From a virus, in the IMG/VR virus record IMGVR_UViG_3300010334_000030, positions 1-64,000 of that record: a DNA stretch of 64,000 nt, one strand, 5' to 3'. This document shows positions 48,791 through 59,271 of the stretch, in pieces; position 1 is the stretch's first letter, and each line of letters starts with the position of its first letter. Below the pieces are notes generated by a model. It had not been told where the DNA came from. It made no database searches and worked only from the letters and a program-made list of their open reading frames with translations. A program made the translations under genes and the position numbers.

Positions 48791-50314
48791 CTAGAGTTTA
48801 ACTTTAAAAATTTTATACTCAAACCCCTCTTTTTTGTAAATCTGGAGTCTGACCTCCCCATGTTTAACTAAATAGTTTTGATATTTGCTACTACTGAAGT
48901 CATCTACAAAGTCTATTACGTTAACTTTCTCCTTACCCTCCATCTTTCTCATCCCTCTTCCTAGGCTCTGCTTAATTAGGACCTCGCTCTTATATGATTC
49001 AACCAGAAATATATTATGAATATTGTTAATTGATATACCAGTAGCAAATGTGCCGTATGTGGCTATTAGGATCTTATTACCGCCCGCTGCCATTCGACCC
49101 TTATATTCTTCTCTTAAACTCTCGTCGGTGTCGCCATCCACGTAAAACACCTCTTTATCGCTAGTTTTTTCCCTTATAAGATTCCAGATCTGCTTTCCGT
49201 ACTCATCCTTTACTGATTGGAAGAGAACCAAAGAGTTCTTGGAAGTTTTTGTGATAAAATCAACAACATAATTAAGTCTCTTCTTGCTTTCAATAACAAG
49301 CTTTCTCTCTATGTTGTAAACATCATTCCCCTCAAGGTTGTTGTGATTCGTCTTCAGTTCTGCTAATTTATCTTTGTACTCCTGATCCAACCAATCTAGC
49401 ATCACTATTTTAATTGAAACTGGGGTAGCATAATTATTATCAAAAAGAAAGCTTGGCGGGATCTCGACCATTAAAGGACCTAGAAATTGCTGAATTGTTA
49501 GATAATCGGCGGTTCCCCTTTTTGTTAGGGTTCCAGTAAGTCCATATCTCCACCTAGAGTGCATACAATTAGACATGATCTTCTTAATTGACATTGAATT
49601 GGTGTGATGGGCTTCATCCACAAAAACTGCATCAACCTCTTCAAAAAACTCTGGATCCTGTTTTACTAAAGATTGGAAGGTTCCTATAATTAGGTCACAT
49701 CCTTGTCTAAGCTTATTTCCCCCACCTATCTGTTGGATCTTAACCCCAAGCTTTTCCAACCCATAATCATCAAAGTCTTCCGTTCCCTGAATAACTAGAT
49801 TGTTATTAGGGGCAACCATCATAAACTTACGTATAAGTCCTTTACTTTTAAGATAAGCAAAGATCATAAAGGAGATTAGGGTTTTTCCTGACGATGTAGC
49901 AACTTCAGAAACAGAGTATCTATATTTGATCAATTTCCAGGCTGTCTCTATCTGATAATCACGTGGCTCCATTTTAGAGTCAGAAAAAAATTCATTTACC
50001 CATAGGGTAAAGTCATCAAGGGTTAAATCTTTCAGAATAAGATCATCTAAACCTTCTATCTCTATCTTTATTTTGTAGTCTTCTCCAATTTGCATTAGCT
50101 CTCTCCAAAGACCAATAGGGACTCTCATAAAAGGTCCCTTTTTATCAACAAAGCAAACACTTCCATCCCAAATTTTCTTTTTGACTAGAGGGTGGAAATA
50201 GAAGTTGTGGATCTTCTTCGTCAGCGATATTTCTATTTGTTTCTTCTCGATCTCATCTGGAGATTCTATAAGAACCATCCACTGTTGATCTTCTGAAACT
50301 TGAAATTTAAGCAT
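48791..50314 (-). CDS. uvsW: UvsW-like SF2 helicase
   Basis: PRDYQ, ATSSGKTLI, DEAHH, GLTGT, TFATGISI, QSLGRGMR, DFVDD. Confidence 0.92.
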   Translation of the reverse strand: MLKFQVSEDQQWMVLIESPDEIEKKQIEISLTKKIHNFYFHPLVKKKIWDGSVCFVDKKGPFMRVPIGLWRELMQIGEDYKIKIEIEGLDDLILKDLTLDDFTLWVNEFFSDSKMEPRDYQIETAWKLIKYRYSVSEVATSSGKTLISFMIFAYLKSKGLIRKFMMVAPNNNLVIQGTEDFDDYGLEKLGVKIQQIGGGNKLRQGCDLIIGTFQSLVKQDPEFFEEVDAVFVDEAHHTNSMSIKKIMSNCMHSRWRYGLTGTLTKRGTADYLTIQQFLGPLMVEIPPSFLFDNNYATPVSIKIVMLDWLDQEYKDKLAELKTNHNNLEGNDVYNIERKLVIESKKRLNYVVDFITKTSKNSLVLFQSVKDEYGKQIWNLIREKTSDKEVFYVDGDTDESLREEYKGRMAAGGNKILIATYGTFATGISINNIHNIFLVESYKSEVLIKQSLGRGMRKMEGKEKVNVIDFVDDFSSSKYQNYLVKHGEVRLQIYKKEGFEYKIFKVKL

Positions 50315-50317
50315 TAA

Positions 50318-51007
50318 TTATTCTTTATTTTTATAAGACCATAAAAATCCACCTGCACTTTTACCCCTTCCGTTTAAAATTTTAGAAATAGAGCAAACCC
50401 CAGTTTTTTCTTGTGCCTCTTTAATTGATTCAAACTCATTAATAAAAGCTCCGGACATATCCATTTGAATAACAGGCTTACTTCTAGATTTTATCATTTT
50501 ATTTATACTATCTTGAGAAAATTTGAATCCAAGGGTTCTTTTGTTACCCTTCATTGATTCATGAATTTTTTTTAAATGTTTTGATTGGTTTTCAGTAAGA
50601 ATACCTTTTTTGGAAAGCCCCAGATTTTTTCTATGCTCCTCCGTAAAGAATCTATTTCCATTTCCCTCCCCACCATTACTAAGATTTCTTAAAGGTCCAT
50701 TTTTTAAATCAAATCTACCTATTGTCACTATCATTTCATTCTCTATGGAAAATGAATCTTTCTCATTAAGATTCTCACTATATTTAATTATTACCGGCTC
50801 CAATCCGCAATCCAGTATTTTTTTAATTATATGATACTTAGGAAGATTCGAATATTTCCCGCGTTTAACTTTCTGTAAATGTATTCTGCTTCTAAAATTC
50901 CTACCCTTCCCTACATAAAAAGGCTCATATTCAAAGATATACTTCCCGTAAGCCCAATTTCCAGGTTTTCTTGGATCTAAATAAACATAAACATAATAAT
51001 TATCCAC
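50318..51007 (-). mobile_element. free-standing GIY-YIG homing endonuclease with NUMOD repeats
   Basis: YYVYVY...FYVGKG...R, NLSNGGEG, FTEEHRKNL (NUMOD3), EFESIKEA...SAGGFLW (NUMOD1). Confidence 0.85.
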
Positions 51008-51056
51008 TGTATATAATTTTTATATTATATATCTTTTATATGGAATAAAAGTCCGT

Positions 51057-51500
51057 CTATTTAATAGATCCACCTCTTAGATATTCCTCTAATGATATTC
51101 TTTGGCGTATACCATATAGCATATGATCAACCGTCTGCACGGTTTGATCTATGAATTTTCTATGATTCTCAACAAGATCTATTTTTTCAGAAATCTCGGT
51201 TAGATCCCCTTCGATTAAAAGCATCTTTTCGTTCGATCCGTATCTGACATCGCTTTTTTCAGAGTACTCCTTCATCTTCTTTGCCTTGTCAGCATTATAT
51301 TTTGAATTGAGCTTTGCAATTATAGAAGCTAGCTTGTAGCTATATTCTAAAAGAATTTGTCTTTGACTGAAAAGATCTATCTGGGCTTTAGCAACTGTTT
51401 GAATGCTCTTCAGATTTAATGCGATACCTTGGATCTTTTCTTTCCATTCAAGCCTTTCGTCTTCAAATATTTTATTAAAGTCTTTTTTTTCTTCCGACAT
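51057..51500 (-). CDS. UvsY-like recombination mediator
   Basis: About 147-aa helical protein upstream of uvsW; size and synteny as in T4-like phages. Confidence 0.55.
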   Translation of the reverse strand: MSEEKKDFNKIFEDERLEWKEKIQGIALNLKSIQTVAKAQIDLFSQRQILLEYSYKLASIIAKLNSKYNADKAKKMKEYSEKSDVRYGSNEKMLLIEGDLTEISEKIDLVENHRKFIDQTVQTVDHMLYGIRQRISLEEYLRGGSIK

Positions 51501-51763
51501 TAGAATAGTTTTGATTTGTTATCTCTTTTCTTCTTACCTATTTCTACCACTTTTGGTTTCTTTTCGATTTCGCCTTTCTTTTTAACTGGATTTGAAACAT
51601 TGGGATCATCAAAAGAAACATCAACACTTCCAAATGATTCCTCTCTGATCTTTACTGGGAATTTAAGTTTAGGACCAGATCTATGATCTAGCTGGGATTC
51701 CCATTCCCCAGTTCTATCCATTCCTGAATTTGGATCGTCAATTAATAAAATATCTAAGGTCAA
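51500..51763 (-). CDS. hypothetical protein
   Basis: ORF between primase and uvsY; start uncertain. Confidence 0.5.
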   Translation of the reverse strand: MTLDILLIDDPNSGMDRTGEWESQLDHRSGPKLKFPVKIREESFGSVDVSFDDPNVSNPVKKKGEIEKKPKVVEIGKKKRDNKSKLF

Positions 51764-52802
51764 GTATCTCGTTTGTAAAATAGTTATCGAATCTTTTTAT
51801 CTTTTTGCCAGTAAATCTCAAATGAATTACCAGGTCATTTAAATCCCATTTTCTGTTTTTAGTTATATCATTCTCTTCTAAAAATTTTCCCCAATTAAAA
51901 ACAGTCTCACCCTTTGAAAGAAGATCCATTGATTTTTGGATTCCTGCTTTGTCCCAATCGTACCAATATCTTTTATTGTCTAGGTCAAATGGAAATCTGT
52001 TCTCAAGAGAGCAGAGTCCAGTTGAATTGCCCCACAACCAAGAATCCATAGGGCCTTCAAATATAGTAATAATGCTATTGAAATCTAAAAATCCTATTCC
52101 AAAAACATTTGAGATAGGATCGACCTCTCTAGCTTTCTCTAAAATTTCAGGATTTGTTTGTCTAAGTATTTTCTCATATATTCCACTGAGTTTGTATGTT
52201 AAATATTTAGATCCCCCCTTAACCGATTCCATGTTTCTAACTTGAAGACCAAGAATTTTATTGTCTGGGGTTAGATTAAAAAGGTATAGCTTCTCCCTTT
52301 TAGAATCCCAGGCAAATCTTGAATCTAGAGGCTGACATCTTCTTTGGATATAGTTGGAAATCTTTGAATCCTTTACATCTTGAAGTCCCAAAGTCTTCAT
52401 AAAGAAATCCCTAGGTATAACAATTTCATTTATATCATTCTCAAAGAAAACCCCAATATCAATTTTTCCGTAGATTGGTTTTCTCCTTGCGTGATTTTCC
52501 TCTATTATTTTTCTAATCTCCTCACGCTCCTCTCCACTTAATTTATTTTGGACGTGAAAATCTTTAAAGAAGTTAAGTGAATCTTTGAATATACCACATC
52601 CGCCATTATAACATTTATAAGATAGGGTATCTAAATAAAAGTTCCCCCTTTTCTTCTTAGGATCTTTTACAGAATCCCCACAGTAAGGACAGCAAAAATT
52701 CAGTCTATTACCTCCTTTGTAAACCCTTTGCCTAGCAGGATCTCCAGGGAATTCCTTAGAAAGGACTGAATTAACTAACTCTTCTATTCTAGATAAATCC
52801 AT
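51738..52802 (-). CDS. DNA primase (T4 gp61-like)
   Basis: CPYCGDS...KRG...CYNGGC zinc finger; FEGPMDS and DWDKAG TOPRIM. Confidence 0.9.
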   Translation of the reverse strand: MDLSRIEELVNSVLSKEFPGDPARQRVYKGGNRLNFCCPYCGDSVKDPKKKRGNFYLDTLSYKCYNGGCGIFKDSLNFFKDFHVQNKLSGEEREEIRKIIEENHARRKPIYGKIDIGVFFENDINEIVIPRDFFMKTLGLQDVKDSKISNYIQRRCQPLDSRFAWDSKREKLYLFNLTPDNKILGLQVRNMESVKGGSKYLTYKLSGIYEKILRQTNPEILEKAREVDPISNVFGIGFLDFNSIITIFEGPMDSWLWGNSTGLCSLENRFPFDLDNKRYWYDWDKAGIQKSMDLLSKGETVFNWGKFLEENDITKNRKWDLNDLVIHLRFTGKKIKRFDNYFTNEILDLRYFIN

Positions 52803-52810
52803 AAAAAATT

Positions 52811-52839
52811 AAAAAAGGGACAGTCCTTGGAACTGTCCC
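52811..52839 (-). terminator. intrinsic terminator after gp32
   Basis: GGGACAGT-N7-ACTGTCCC followed by T6 on the minus strand. Confidence 0.8.
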
Positions 52840-52855
52840 ATTAGGTGTTTGTTTA

Positions 52856-53809
52856 TTAAAGATCGCTGTAAAGATCTTCTAATGAAGATAATGAAGAGCC
52901 TTTTGTAGATTCCTCTTTTTTCGGAGCTGATGGTGCTTTAGTGTTGCTTACCACGTCTGAATAAATTTCAGAACTTGGCGAGCTTTCTCTTTTAGCAGGC
53001 TCGCTGTATGAGCTAGAAGAATTTGAAACTGATCCAACTATTTCGTTAACGATTCTAGCTTCTGGAACTGTGTTTCTAATAACACTCATAACCTTTTCGG
53101 TTAATTCATCATCCCAATCTTTATAATCAAAAGATGATAAGTTTTGGGGAGCAGATTTAAGATACTCCAAAATTGTGTTCATGTCATCTTGGGATTTCTT
53201 CATCTGAGTACCGCTGATTTTAATCGGGGTTCTTTCTCCGACGAAAGAGCAAAGATCGTAGTTGTTCCACTCGCCTACTTTTCTAGTATGAACTGCAAAT
53301 TCTCTTCCTTCAAAAAGATCGAAAGGATTACACTTTTCTCCATACTCTGGTTGAAGTTGTGCTTCAATAAGATCGTTCAACTTTTTACCAAATTTGAAGA
53401 TCATAATCTTTCCTTCTAGTTCTGGCTTGTTTTTGTCCTGAACGATTTGAACCAATGAATAGTAATCCTCTTTCCTAGAAAACTGCTTAGCAAGCTCCTG
53501 ATCAGCTGCAGAATGAGAATTCTTAAGCTTCCAGAAAAGATCTTTTAAAATTGACTTCTTACCAACTGTTGAAGGACAGTCAGCAGAAAAACTGTTTCCA
53601 GAAACTGGATCCTTTAAGTAAACGTAGTACTTGTGGATTTTTGATTTAGCCGGATTGATTGGATTTGGAATAAATCTAATTAAAGATTTGTAAACTCCGT
53701 CCTTTCCGTCTTCTGGATAAGGTTTGTAAAATTCTAAATCTCCTGATTTGTTTGATGCGCTCTTAGTTACTAAAGAGTCTGCGTCGAGGTTGAAAATGTC
53801 TAAACTCAT
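52856..53809 (-). CDS. single-stranded DNA-binding protein (T4 gp32-like)
   Basis: IRFIP, CPST, EGKIMIFKFGKK, PFDLFEG, NYD and acidic tail LEDLYSDL; start at MSLDIF. Confidence 0.9.
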   Translation of the reverse strand: MSLDIFNLDADSLVTKSASNKSGDLEFYKPYPEDGKDGVYKSLIRFIPNPINPAKSKIHKYYVYLKDPVSGNSFSADCPSTVGKKSILKDLFWKLKNSHSAADQELAKQFSRKEDYYSLVQIVQDKNKPELEGKIMIFKFGKKLNDLIEAQLQPEYGEKCNPFDLFEGREFAVHTRKVGEWNNYDLCSFVGERTPIKISGTQMKKSQDDMNTILEYLKSAPQNLSSFDYKDWDDELTEKVMSVIRNTVPEARIVNEIVGSVSNSSSSYSEPAKRESSPSSEIYSDVVSNTKAPSAPKKEESTKGSSLSSLEDLYSDL

Positions 53810-54045
53810 AAAATTTACTTTTGTTTTTTTACTTTTTGTTTTACTTTTGTTTCCTTTATTATTTACTAAGTTATATTTTTGTTCAATCAATGTGTTCTAA
53901 ACTCTTGGACATAGCACAGGAATTGCAACTTACCCTTTTGGATATTTCTTTTTTGCAAAAAGACGTTGAGAATACTGATGATTCGATTTCCTCCGTAGAT
54001 CTGGGATGATCTTGATTGTTAGTGCGGGATTGGGTAGAGGAGGTG

Positions 54046-54762
54046 TTAGTTGAGAATTGGTTCAAGTTTTGCTTCAAGTTTTCCATTAATTTCTTTTAAT
54101 TGATTTTTTAAATACAAGTTTATCCAGGTTGCGTCCACAATGTCGTCAATAGGTTTATTTATAGCCTTAGCTGGTGTTATCCACTCAGATTTATTGACTT
54201 CTAATATACTAGTAAATTTCTCTAAATTTGTTTCAGTGTCTTTTAAATTGCAAAGAGTCTCATAAAGTTCATCTTTCTTTGCATTCCCCTTAAGGGCATA
54301 TTTTTTAATAGCGGTGGGAGAAAAAACATAAAAATTTTCAACGCCTACCCTATTAATTATCTTTTCTCTTAGAAGAGCAGTAGCCATCGAAATGTCGATT
54401 AAAGAATTTCCGTTTGATGAAAAGCTAAGTCCTTCCATTGCCACTGAAAATTCACAGTCTCCCATAACTTCTAATATGCTGCTCCAGAAGGATTCTACTA
54501 TATCTAAGAAATAAACTATCTTAATTCTTTCCCTTCCTGTGTAGTCTTCAGGAAGTTCTTTTTTATCAAGAAAATAAATATTAAAATCATCTTCAGAATC
54601 AAGAACAGAAAAAGGCTTCTTTGAATTTTTTAAATGTGACTCTGCAGATCTATCAGATCTTGTTAAAGATCCCCAAATGTATTTTCCATCCTTAAAACAG
54701 CAAAAAGCCGGAGAATTTATGGAGAAATCTATGCCTACTGTATTTTGATAAGTGCTTAACAT
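54046..54762 (-). CDS. RuvC-like (RNase H fold) nuclease
   Basis: GIDFSINSP, MEGLSF, PTAIKKYA-GNAKK, DDIVDA. Confidence 0.8.
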   Translation of the reverse strand: MLSTYQNTVGIDFSINSPAFCCFKDGKYIWGSLTRSDRSAESHLKNSKKPFSVLDSEDDFNIYFLDKKELPEDYTGRERIKIVYFLDIVESFWSSILEVMGDCEFSVAMEGLSFSSNGNSLIDISMATALLREKIINRVGVENFYVFSPTAIKKYALKGNAKKDELYETLCNLKDTETNLEKFTSILEVNKSEWITPAKAINKPIDDIVDATWINLYLKNQLKEINGKLEAKLEPILN

Positions 54763-55113
54763 TTAAAGGGGTTTACTCAGTATAAATCTGATTGTAAAAG
54801 GATCGTCATGGCCAAATCTCCAAGATAACATTGGGTCACCTATAAGAGATTTCATTCTTTCTGTTATGGCATCTACAAGATAAGAAATTCTGGATGGCAT
54901 CTCCTCATGGGGTGGGCTATAGCTAACAATAAACATGAGATCAGTCTGAGCCTCAATATCATCTATATTAAGACCTTCCCCTATATGACTAAATGTCGAA
55001 GCTATTCTACTATAATTATTTCTTATAAAAAGCCCGAGCTTATTTTCGTCAGGTGATTGCTGTTTACCCATAGAAAAAAAATCAAATTCCCTGAGATGTT
55101 CCATTTTATTCAT
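54763..55113 (-). CDS. hypothetical protein
   Basis: Coupled ORF; MEHLREFDFF resembles the CTS-like motif. Confidence 0.65.
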   Translation of the reverse strand: MNKMEHLREFDFFSMGKQQSPDENKLGLFIRNNYSRIASTFSHIGEGLNIDDIEAQTDLMFIVSYSPPHEEMPSRISYLVDAITERMKSLIGDPMLSWRFGHDDPFTIRFILSKPL

Positions 55114-55343
55114 TACATTGAGGGATTTACTATTTGGCCATATTCGCCAACGTATCCGTAAGTTTTAGAAAGTTTTTCGAAACACTTTTTCATTTGCTCT
55201 TCCGTCATGCACTCCACTATATCATTCAAAACTCTTTGGTCATTACCTGCTGCAGCAACCAAAAGATTTTTCATCTGTACTTTTTGATCCCCAAAAGGCT
55301 GGGAGTACTTCATTTCGTTTATTTTTTCGCTAAAAGTTCTCAT
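55113..55343 (-). CDS. hypothetical protein with CTS-like N-terminus
   Basis: MRTFSEKINEM; GATATATA at 55365..55372. Confidence 0.7.
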   Translation of the reverse strand: MRTFSEKINEMKYSQPFGDQKVQMKNLLVAAAGNDQRVLNDIVECMTEEQMKKCFEKLSKTYGYVGEYGQIVNPSM

Positions 55344-55372
55344 GTTTTTAGTTTTTATTTATTCTATATATC

Positions 55373-55921
55373 TTATTTGGATTCAAGAACTATGTCTATA
55401 TAGTTACATTTAAACCCAACACTAAAGGATTGAGGTGTGGCATTATTATTAGAATAATTTAGATCCATATTAGAAAAGCTTGAGAAGATAACCTCTAAAA
55501 AGGTCACTGAAACTACTACATTACCCTCATTGTCCATTATTCTAAGCGGAAGAGCTGGGATTCTGACCTGTGGATTTTCAAAGTTCAAAAAGTCCAACAC
55601 GGTATCTAGCATTATGAAATAATTGATAAAACCATCAGTGTTTTTAAAATTTATGGTGAAATCCTTTGAGAAAAGATCCTGTATAGGTGTTGAGCTTTTG
55701 TAGCTAATTCTCTTCCCAAATTGTCTTATCTGCTCAACTGAATCTATAGCCATCCCAGGGACACCTATTGACTGTATAGTGCTGTTTACGTATTGCTGAA
55801 CGCTATCAAATGGAATAGGTTGTTTTTTAATATATTTCTCATATTTGGAAACAACTCTTTCACTAAAGAATCCTTTAGGAAAATTGAAATAAAAACTATT
55901 TAATCTGGGATTTAGTATCAT
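55373..55921 (-). CDS. tail tube or tube-initiator-like protein
   Basis: About 180 aa; IQSIGVPG, FTINF, IMDNEG and FSVGFKC beta pattern of gp19/gp54-like proteins. Confidence 0.5.
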   Translation of the reverse strand: MILNPRLNSFYFNFPKGFFSERVVSKYEKYIKKQPIPFDSVQQYVNSTIQSIGVPGMAIDSVEQIRQFGKRISYKSSTPIQDLFSKDFTINFKNTDGFINYFIMLDTVLDFLNFENPQVRIPALPLRIMDNEGNVVVSVTFLEVIFSSFSNMDLNYSNNNATPQSFSVGFKCNYIDIVLESK

Positions 55922-55924
55922 CTA

Positions 55925-58168
55925 TTAAACTTCTTCATTTGGTATAGCAGTTACACTTCCACCTTTGGTGTATGCTGTTACTGTGGGAGGAACGTATGCT
56001 GGTTTTATTGTTTGTATAATGGGTTTAGGGGGTTTAACCACTATCGGTTCAATCATTCCTGCCGAATTAACTCCAGTTCCAATTTTTTCGTAAATAACTA
56101 TAGGATCAGGAGCCTTCCCTGTTTGGGTCTGTGTTGCAGATTGTTTAATCGTTATTGTTGATCCCGCGCTATTTGAAACCTCCGTAAAATCGGTTGGATT
56201 TTCACTTAGGTACATTATATCTCCGGAGCTTCCTGTCTGTGAGGATCCAGTTGCTCCTTTATTAGAACTAGTTCCTGTCTGTTTAATAGTTATTAATTGT
56301 GGATTGGCTAAAGAGTTAGCTTCTTTAATAGCGTTAGTTGTTACCTCAGGATCTGAATCCCCGTGCTCTTTCCAGTAACCCCAATACATTACGCTGGCGC
56401 TCGAACTCTGCGCTACCGCGGACGATACGCTCGCTCCTGTCGCACCCGCAACTCCCATTAGATTTGTTCCTGCAGTTGCTCCTGTTGAATTTCCTCCTCC
56501 GCTGGTAATAAAAAATCTATCATCTGAAAATTGAATAATTTTAGCAGAATTAGATTCATCAACTTTAAAAGCCAGCTCCCCCATAGAAGGAACTGCTATA
56601 GTGGTATCTGAAAGTGATGGTATATAGCTCTTTTTCCCACTATCATCTATAAAAGAAATATAATAAGGGGAACTACTTAAATCCATTGCAACTGCATCTC
56701 CATCTGTTCCACCCTTAAGAAATTTAAATTTGTAATAATTATCAAAAGGTGAAATGGATATAGTCAATTTTCCATTCCCTAAAGCTAGATTCTGAGAAGA
56801 ACTTGAATCTTCGGTGAGAACACCATCCTGAAGAGCTAGATTACTCATAGAGGCAGTAACGTAGTATTGCTGGATGAAAACATTGGTAAATTTATAAACC
56901 TCTTTACTTTGCGGTGTATTAGATCCGCCAAGTTTTATCTGAGGTTGACTGAATATTCTATTGTAAATTTTTTGGATCTGAGGATATTTACTTAACTGTA
57001 TAGGTGTTATTGTCATCCCCCATTTTGCAGGATCGTCGGAGGTGTAGGTTGCAACTCTAACTGTTCTGGTTTGATCCTTGCTATTAACTAAAGACATTGT
57101 GTACCTTAGAACAAAAGCAGATGAATAGGCAGCATTTCTAACTATTGGTCTATAATAGCTAGGACTATCATAGGCTGTGGTTTGAACCGAATCAAATTTA
57201 GATGTCTCTATAAGAGCTGCTCCTATTTGTTCTAAAACTTCTATCTGATGATTTATATAGTAGCTGTTTCCTATTGAATTCTGGAAGAGTATAAAATCCT
57301 CTATAAAGCCATCGCTATCTGTAGCAAAGTACTCGAAGAATTGACCTTTATCAGACTCTTGTATAACAGCACCAATATTCCCAAATGGATCTTGCTCCTC
57401 GAGGGATAAAAGAGCAGCACGAGCACAGTTGTATCTAGCATATCCATCATAACTATCCGTGCTCTGTACCTGCCAAACAGATATTCTCATTGGAGCTCCA
57501 TAATAAAAACCATTACCGCTGCCACTTAATAAAGCTCCAAGTGATTGTGGTTGAAAAGCTGGAGCAGTTGACAGATAAGTGTCATTCATGCTCTTAAGAG
57601 ATGGTATTTTTATTTCAAAATACTTGTCATAAATATCAGCTCCAATTGTAACTGGATTCGGATTGAGCACATAATCTTGCTCAGTTCCCTTCTTTAAAAG
57701 GATCTGAGACATCGTAACATAGTCTGTATTAGCATCTTGATACTCAACACCTAGTATGATACCATCTATATTTTGAAGCACATATCCAGCTCTTAAATGG
57801 TATCTAATGCTATCATAAACAACACTAAGATTGTACTGGAAATTAACCGGCAGATTATCCGATTTAGTTAAATTTTCAGAGTAATCATTAAACGGAATAA
57901 TTAAATTCGAATCAAGGGTAACGAAAGAATTTTCAGATATCTTAACCACACTATTCTGTGGTGAATTCTGAGTTATAGAAAAGTTTGTTTTAGGGTTAAA
58001 TATCTGGATAGAATTTCCTCTAAATCCATTCACCAATTTATCATACCCAACTACATCTGTTCCGGTATTGGTGAAGTGAGCCTCTGGCGTGGGTGTAGAA
58101 GCATACATGTACTCCATAAGTAAATACGGAGTAAGTTGAACAAATTTAGAGGTTGTGCTATAAGACAT
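55925..58168 (-). CDS. large structural protein
   Basis: 747 aa, beta-rich, in the structural block. Confidence 0.65.
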   Translation of the reverse strand: MSYSTTSKFVQLTPYLLMEYMYASTPTPEAHFTNTGTDVVGYDKLVNGFRGNSIQIFNPKTNFSITQNSPQNSVVKISENSFVTLDSNLIIPFNDYSENLTKSDNLPVNFQYNLSVVYDSIRYHLRAGYVLQNIDGIILGVEYQDANTDYVTMSQILLKKGTEQDYVLNPNPVTIGADIYDKYFEIKIPSLKSMNDTYLSTAPAFQPQSLGALLSGSGNGFYYGAPMRISVWQVQSTDSYDGYARYNCARAALLSLEEQDPFGNIGAVIQESDKGQFFEYFATDSDGFIEDFILFQNSIGNSYYINHQIEVLEQIGAALIETSKFDSVQTTAYDSPSYYRPIVRNAAYSSAFVLRYTMSLVNSKDQTRTVRVATYTSDDPAKWGMTITPIQLSKYPQIQKIYNRIFSQPQIKLGGSNTPQSKEVYKFTNVFIQQYYVTASMSNLALQDGVLTEDSSSSQNLALGNGKLTISISPFDNYYKFKFLKGGTDGDAVAMDLSSSPYYISFIDDSGKKSYIPSLSDTTIAVPSMGELAFKVDESNSAKIIQFSDDRFFITSGGGNSTGATAGTNLMGVAGATGASVSSAVAQSSSASVMYWGYWKEHGDSDPEVTTNAIKEANSLANPQLITIKQTGTSSNKGATGSSQTGSSGDIMYLSENPTDFTEVSNSAGSTITIKQSATQTQTGKAPDPIVIYEKIGTGVNSAGMIEPIVVKPPKPIIQTIKPAYVPPTVTAYTKGGSVTAIPNEEV

Positions 58169-58184
58169 TCAGTTTTAATTATTT

Positions 58185-59018
58185 TCAGAATTGAAGCCAC
58201 TTTGGCGTATAATGAAGACCAATACCGAGTATAAGTCCTGTTTTTATTCCTGTTGAAGAACCTGCTATTCCATATCCAATGGTAAATCCTACGCCCCATT
58301 CTTTTCTAGCTTTCTTCATAATATCTCTGGTATCTGGATTATCGGTTATATCAAAAGAGTTTATGCTACTGAAAGTCATATTAGGATATGTTGTACTAAC
58401 ACGAGTCATAAGTCTTTTTGATTTAGGATCCCTATAAATTCCAGTTACTAGATCAATATTCTGCGACATGGACACCTCGGTATTTCCTGGATTAAGTTTA
58501 GCAAAAACTTCTGCAGTGTCCTTTTGATTTCTTGTAAATTCTATAACATAAGGGGTTTTACCAGTAAGAGAGAATTTATTATTACCCGGCAATTTTGGTT
58601 CGTATTTAAAGGTCAAAGATGTCCCTCCGCTAGTATCCTCGACTACACTACTTGCAATATTTCTAAAAGTGTCAACATATTGGGTAACCGTTTGAATAAC
58701 AGTTTTTGGTGTTGTTCCCTTTCCATTAGATTTAAGTTCAAGCTGATGTATTAGATCCTTTTCTTTCTGTGTTAATTCAGAAACCTTTCTTTCAAATGCG
58801 GATTTTTCGTATACAACTTTATCTTTACTTTTTGAAATTAATCTAACGCTATCCATTTCGGCTAAATAGTTGTTATGCTCCCTTTTTGCTTCAGCTTCTG
58901 CCGATGATGTTGCTTTACACTGTCTTAGCAGCAGCATAATTAAAATCGCTATAGCAATTATTAAGAAGAGCCTGCTAGATAGAAATTTAATGGTTCCTTC
59001 TTCGTTTTTATAAGTCAT
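58185..59018 (-). CDS. membrane-anchored coiled-coil protein, spanin candidate
   Basis: N-terminal TM, coiled coil, C-terminal amphipathic beta hairpin ending in Phe. Confidence 0.55.
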   Translation of the reverse strand: MTYKNEEGTIKFLSSRLFLIIAIAILIMLLLRQCKATSSAEAEAKREHNNYLAEMDSVRLISKSKDKVVYEKSAFERKVSELTQKEKDLIHQLELKSNGKGTTPKTVIQTVTQYVDTFRNIASSVVEDTSGGTSLTFKYEPKLPGNNKFSLTGKTPYVIEFTRNQKDTAEVFAKLNPGNTEVSMSQNIDLVTGIYRDPKSKRLMTRVSTTYPNMTFSSINSFDITDNPDTRDIMKKARKEWGVGFTIGYGIAGSSTGIKTGLILGIGLHYTPKWLQF

Positions 59019-59271
59019 TTTGTATCAATTTTTTTTGGCTCCAACACAAACTCATCGGATCTATTTGGCCTTCACCATATTTTTTATTTAGTGCTTCCAT
59101 GAATCTTGACTCCTCTTCTCTGCAAGCTTCGAGATCTTGGATAAGCTCAGATGATCTTTCTTCTAGGTTTTTTATTTCACTTTCTACCTTCACTATTTCA
59201 TTGTGAAGATTTATATAATTACTAGAAAATCTGAGGATCTCTTTCTTTTCTTTTTTTGTTAGATTTATCAT
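59008..59271 (-). CDS. coiled-coil hypothetical protein
   Basis: Coiled coil followed by KYGEGQID. Confidence 0.65.
   Translation of the reverse strand: MINLTKKEKKEILRFSSNYINLHNEIVKVESEIKNLEERSSELIQDLEACREEESRFMEALNKKYGEGQIDPMSLCWSQKKLIQNDL

Noticed and set aside
53883-54086. 67-aa ORF between the RuvC-like gene and gp32
   Set aside because: Low complexity, overlaps the upstream gene and the putative gp32 promoter; it may be real but I cannot support it
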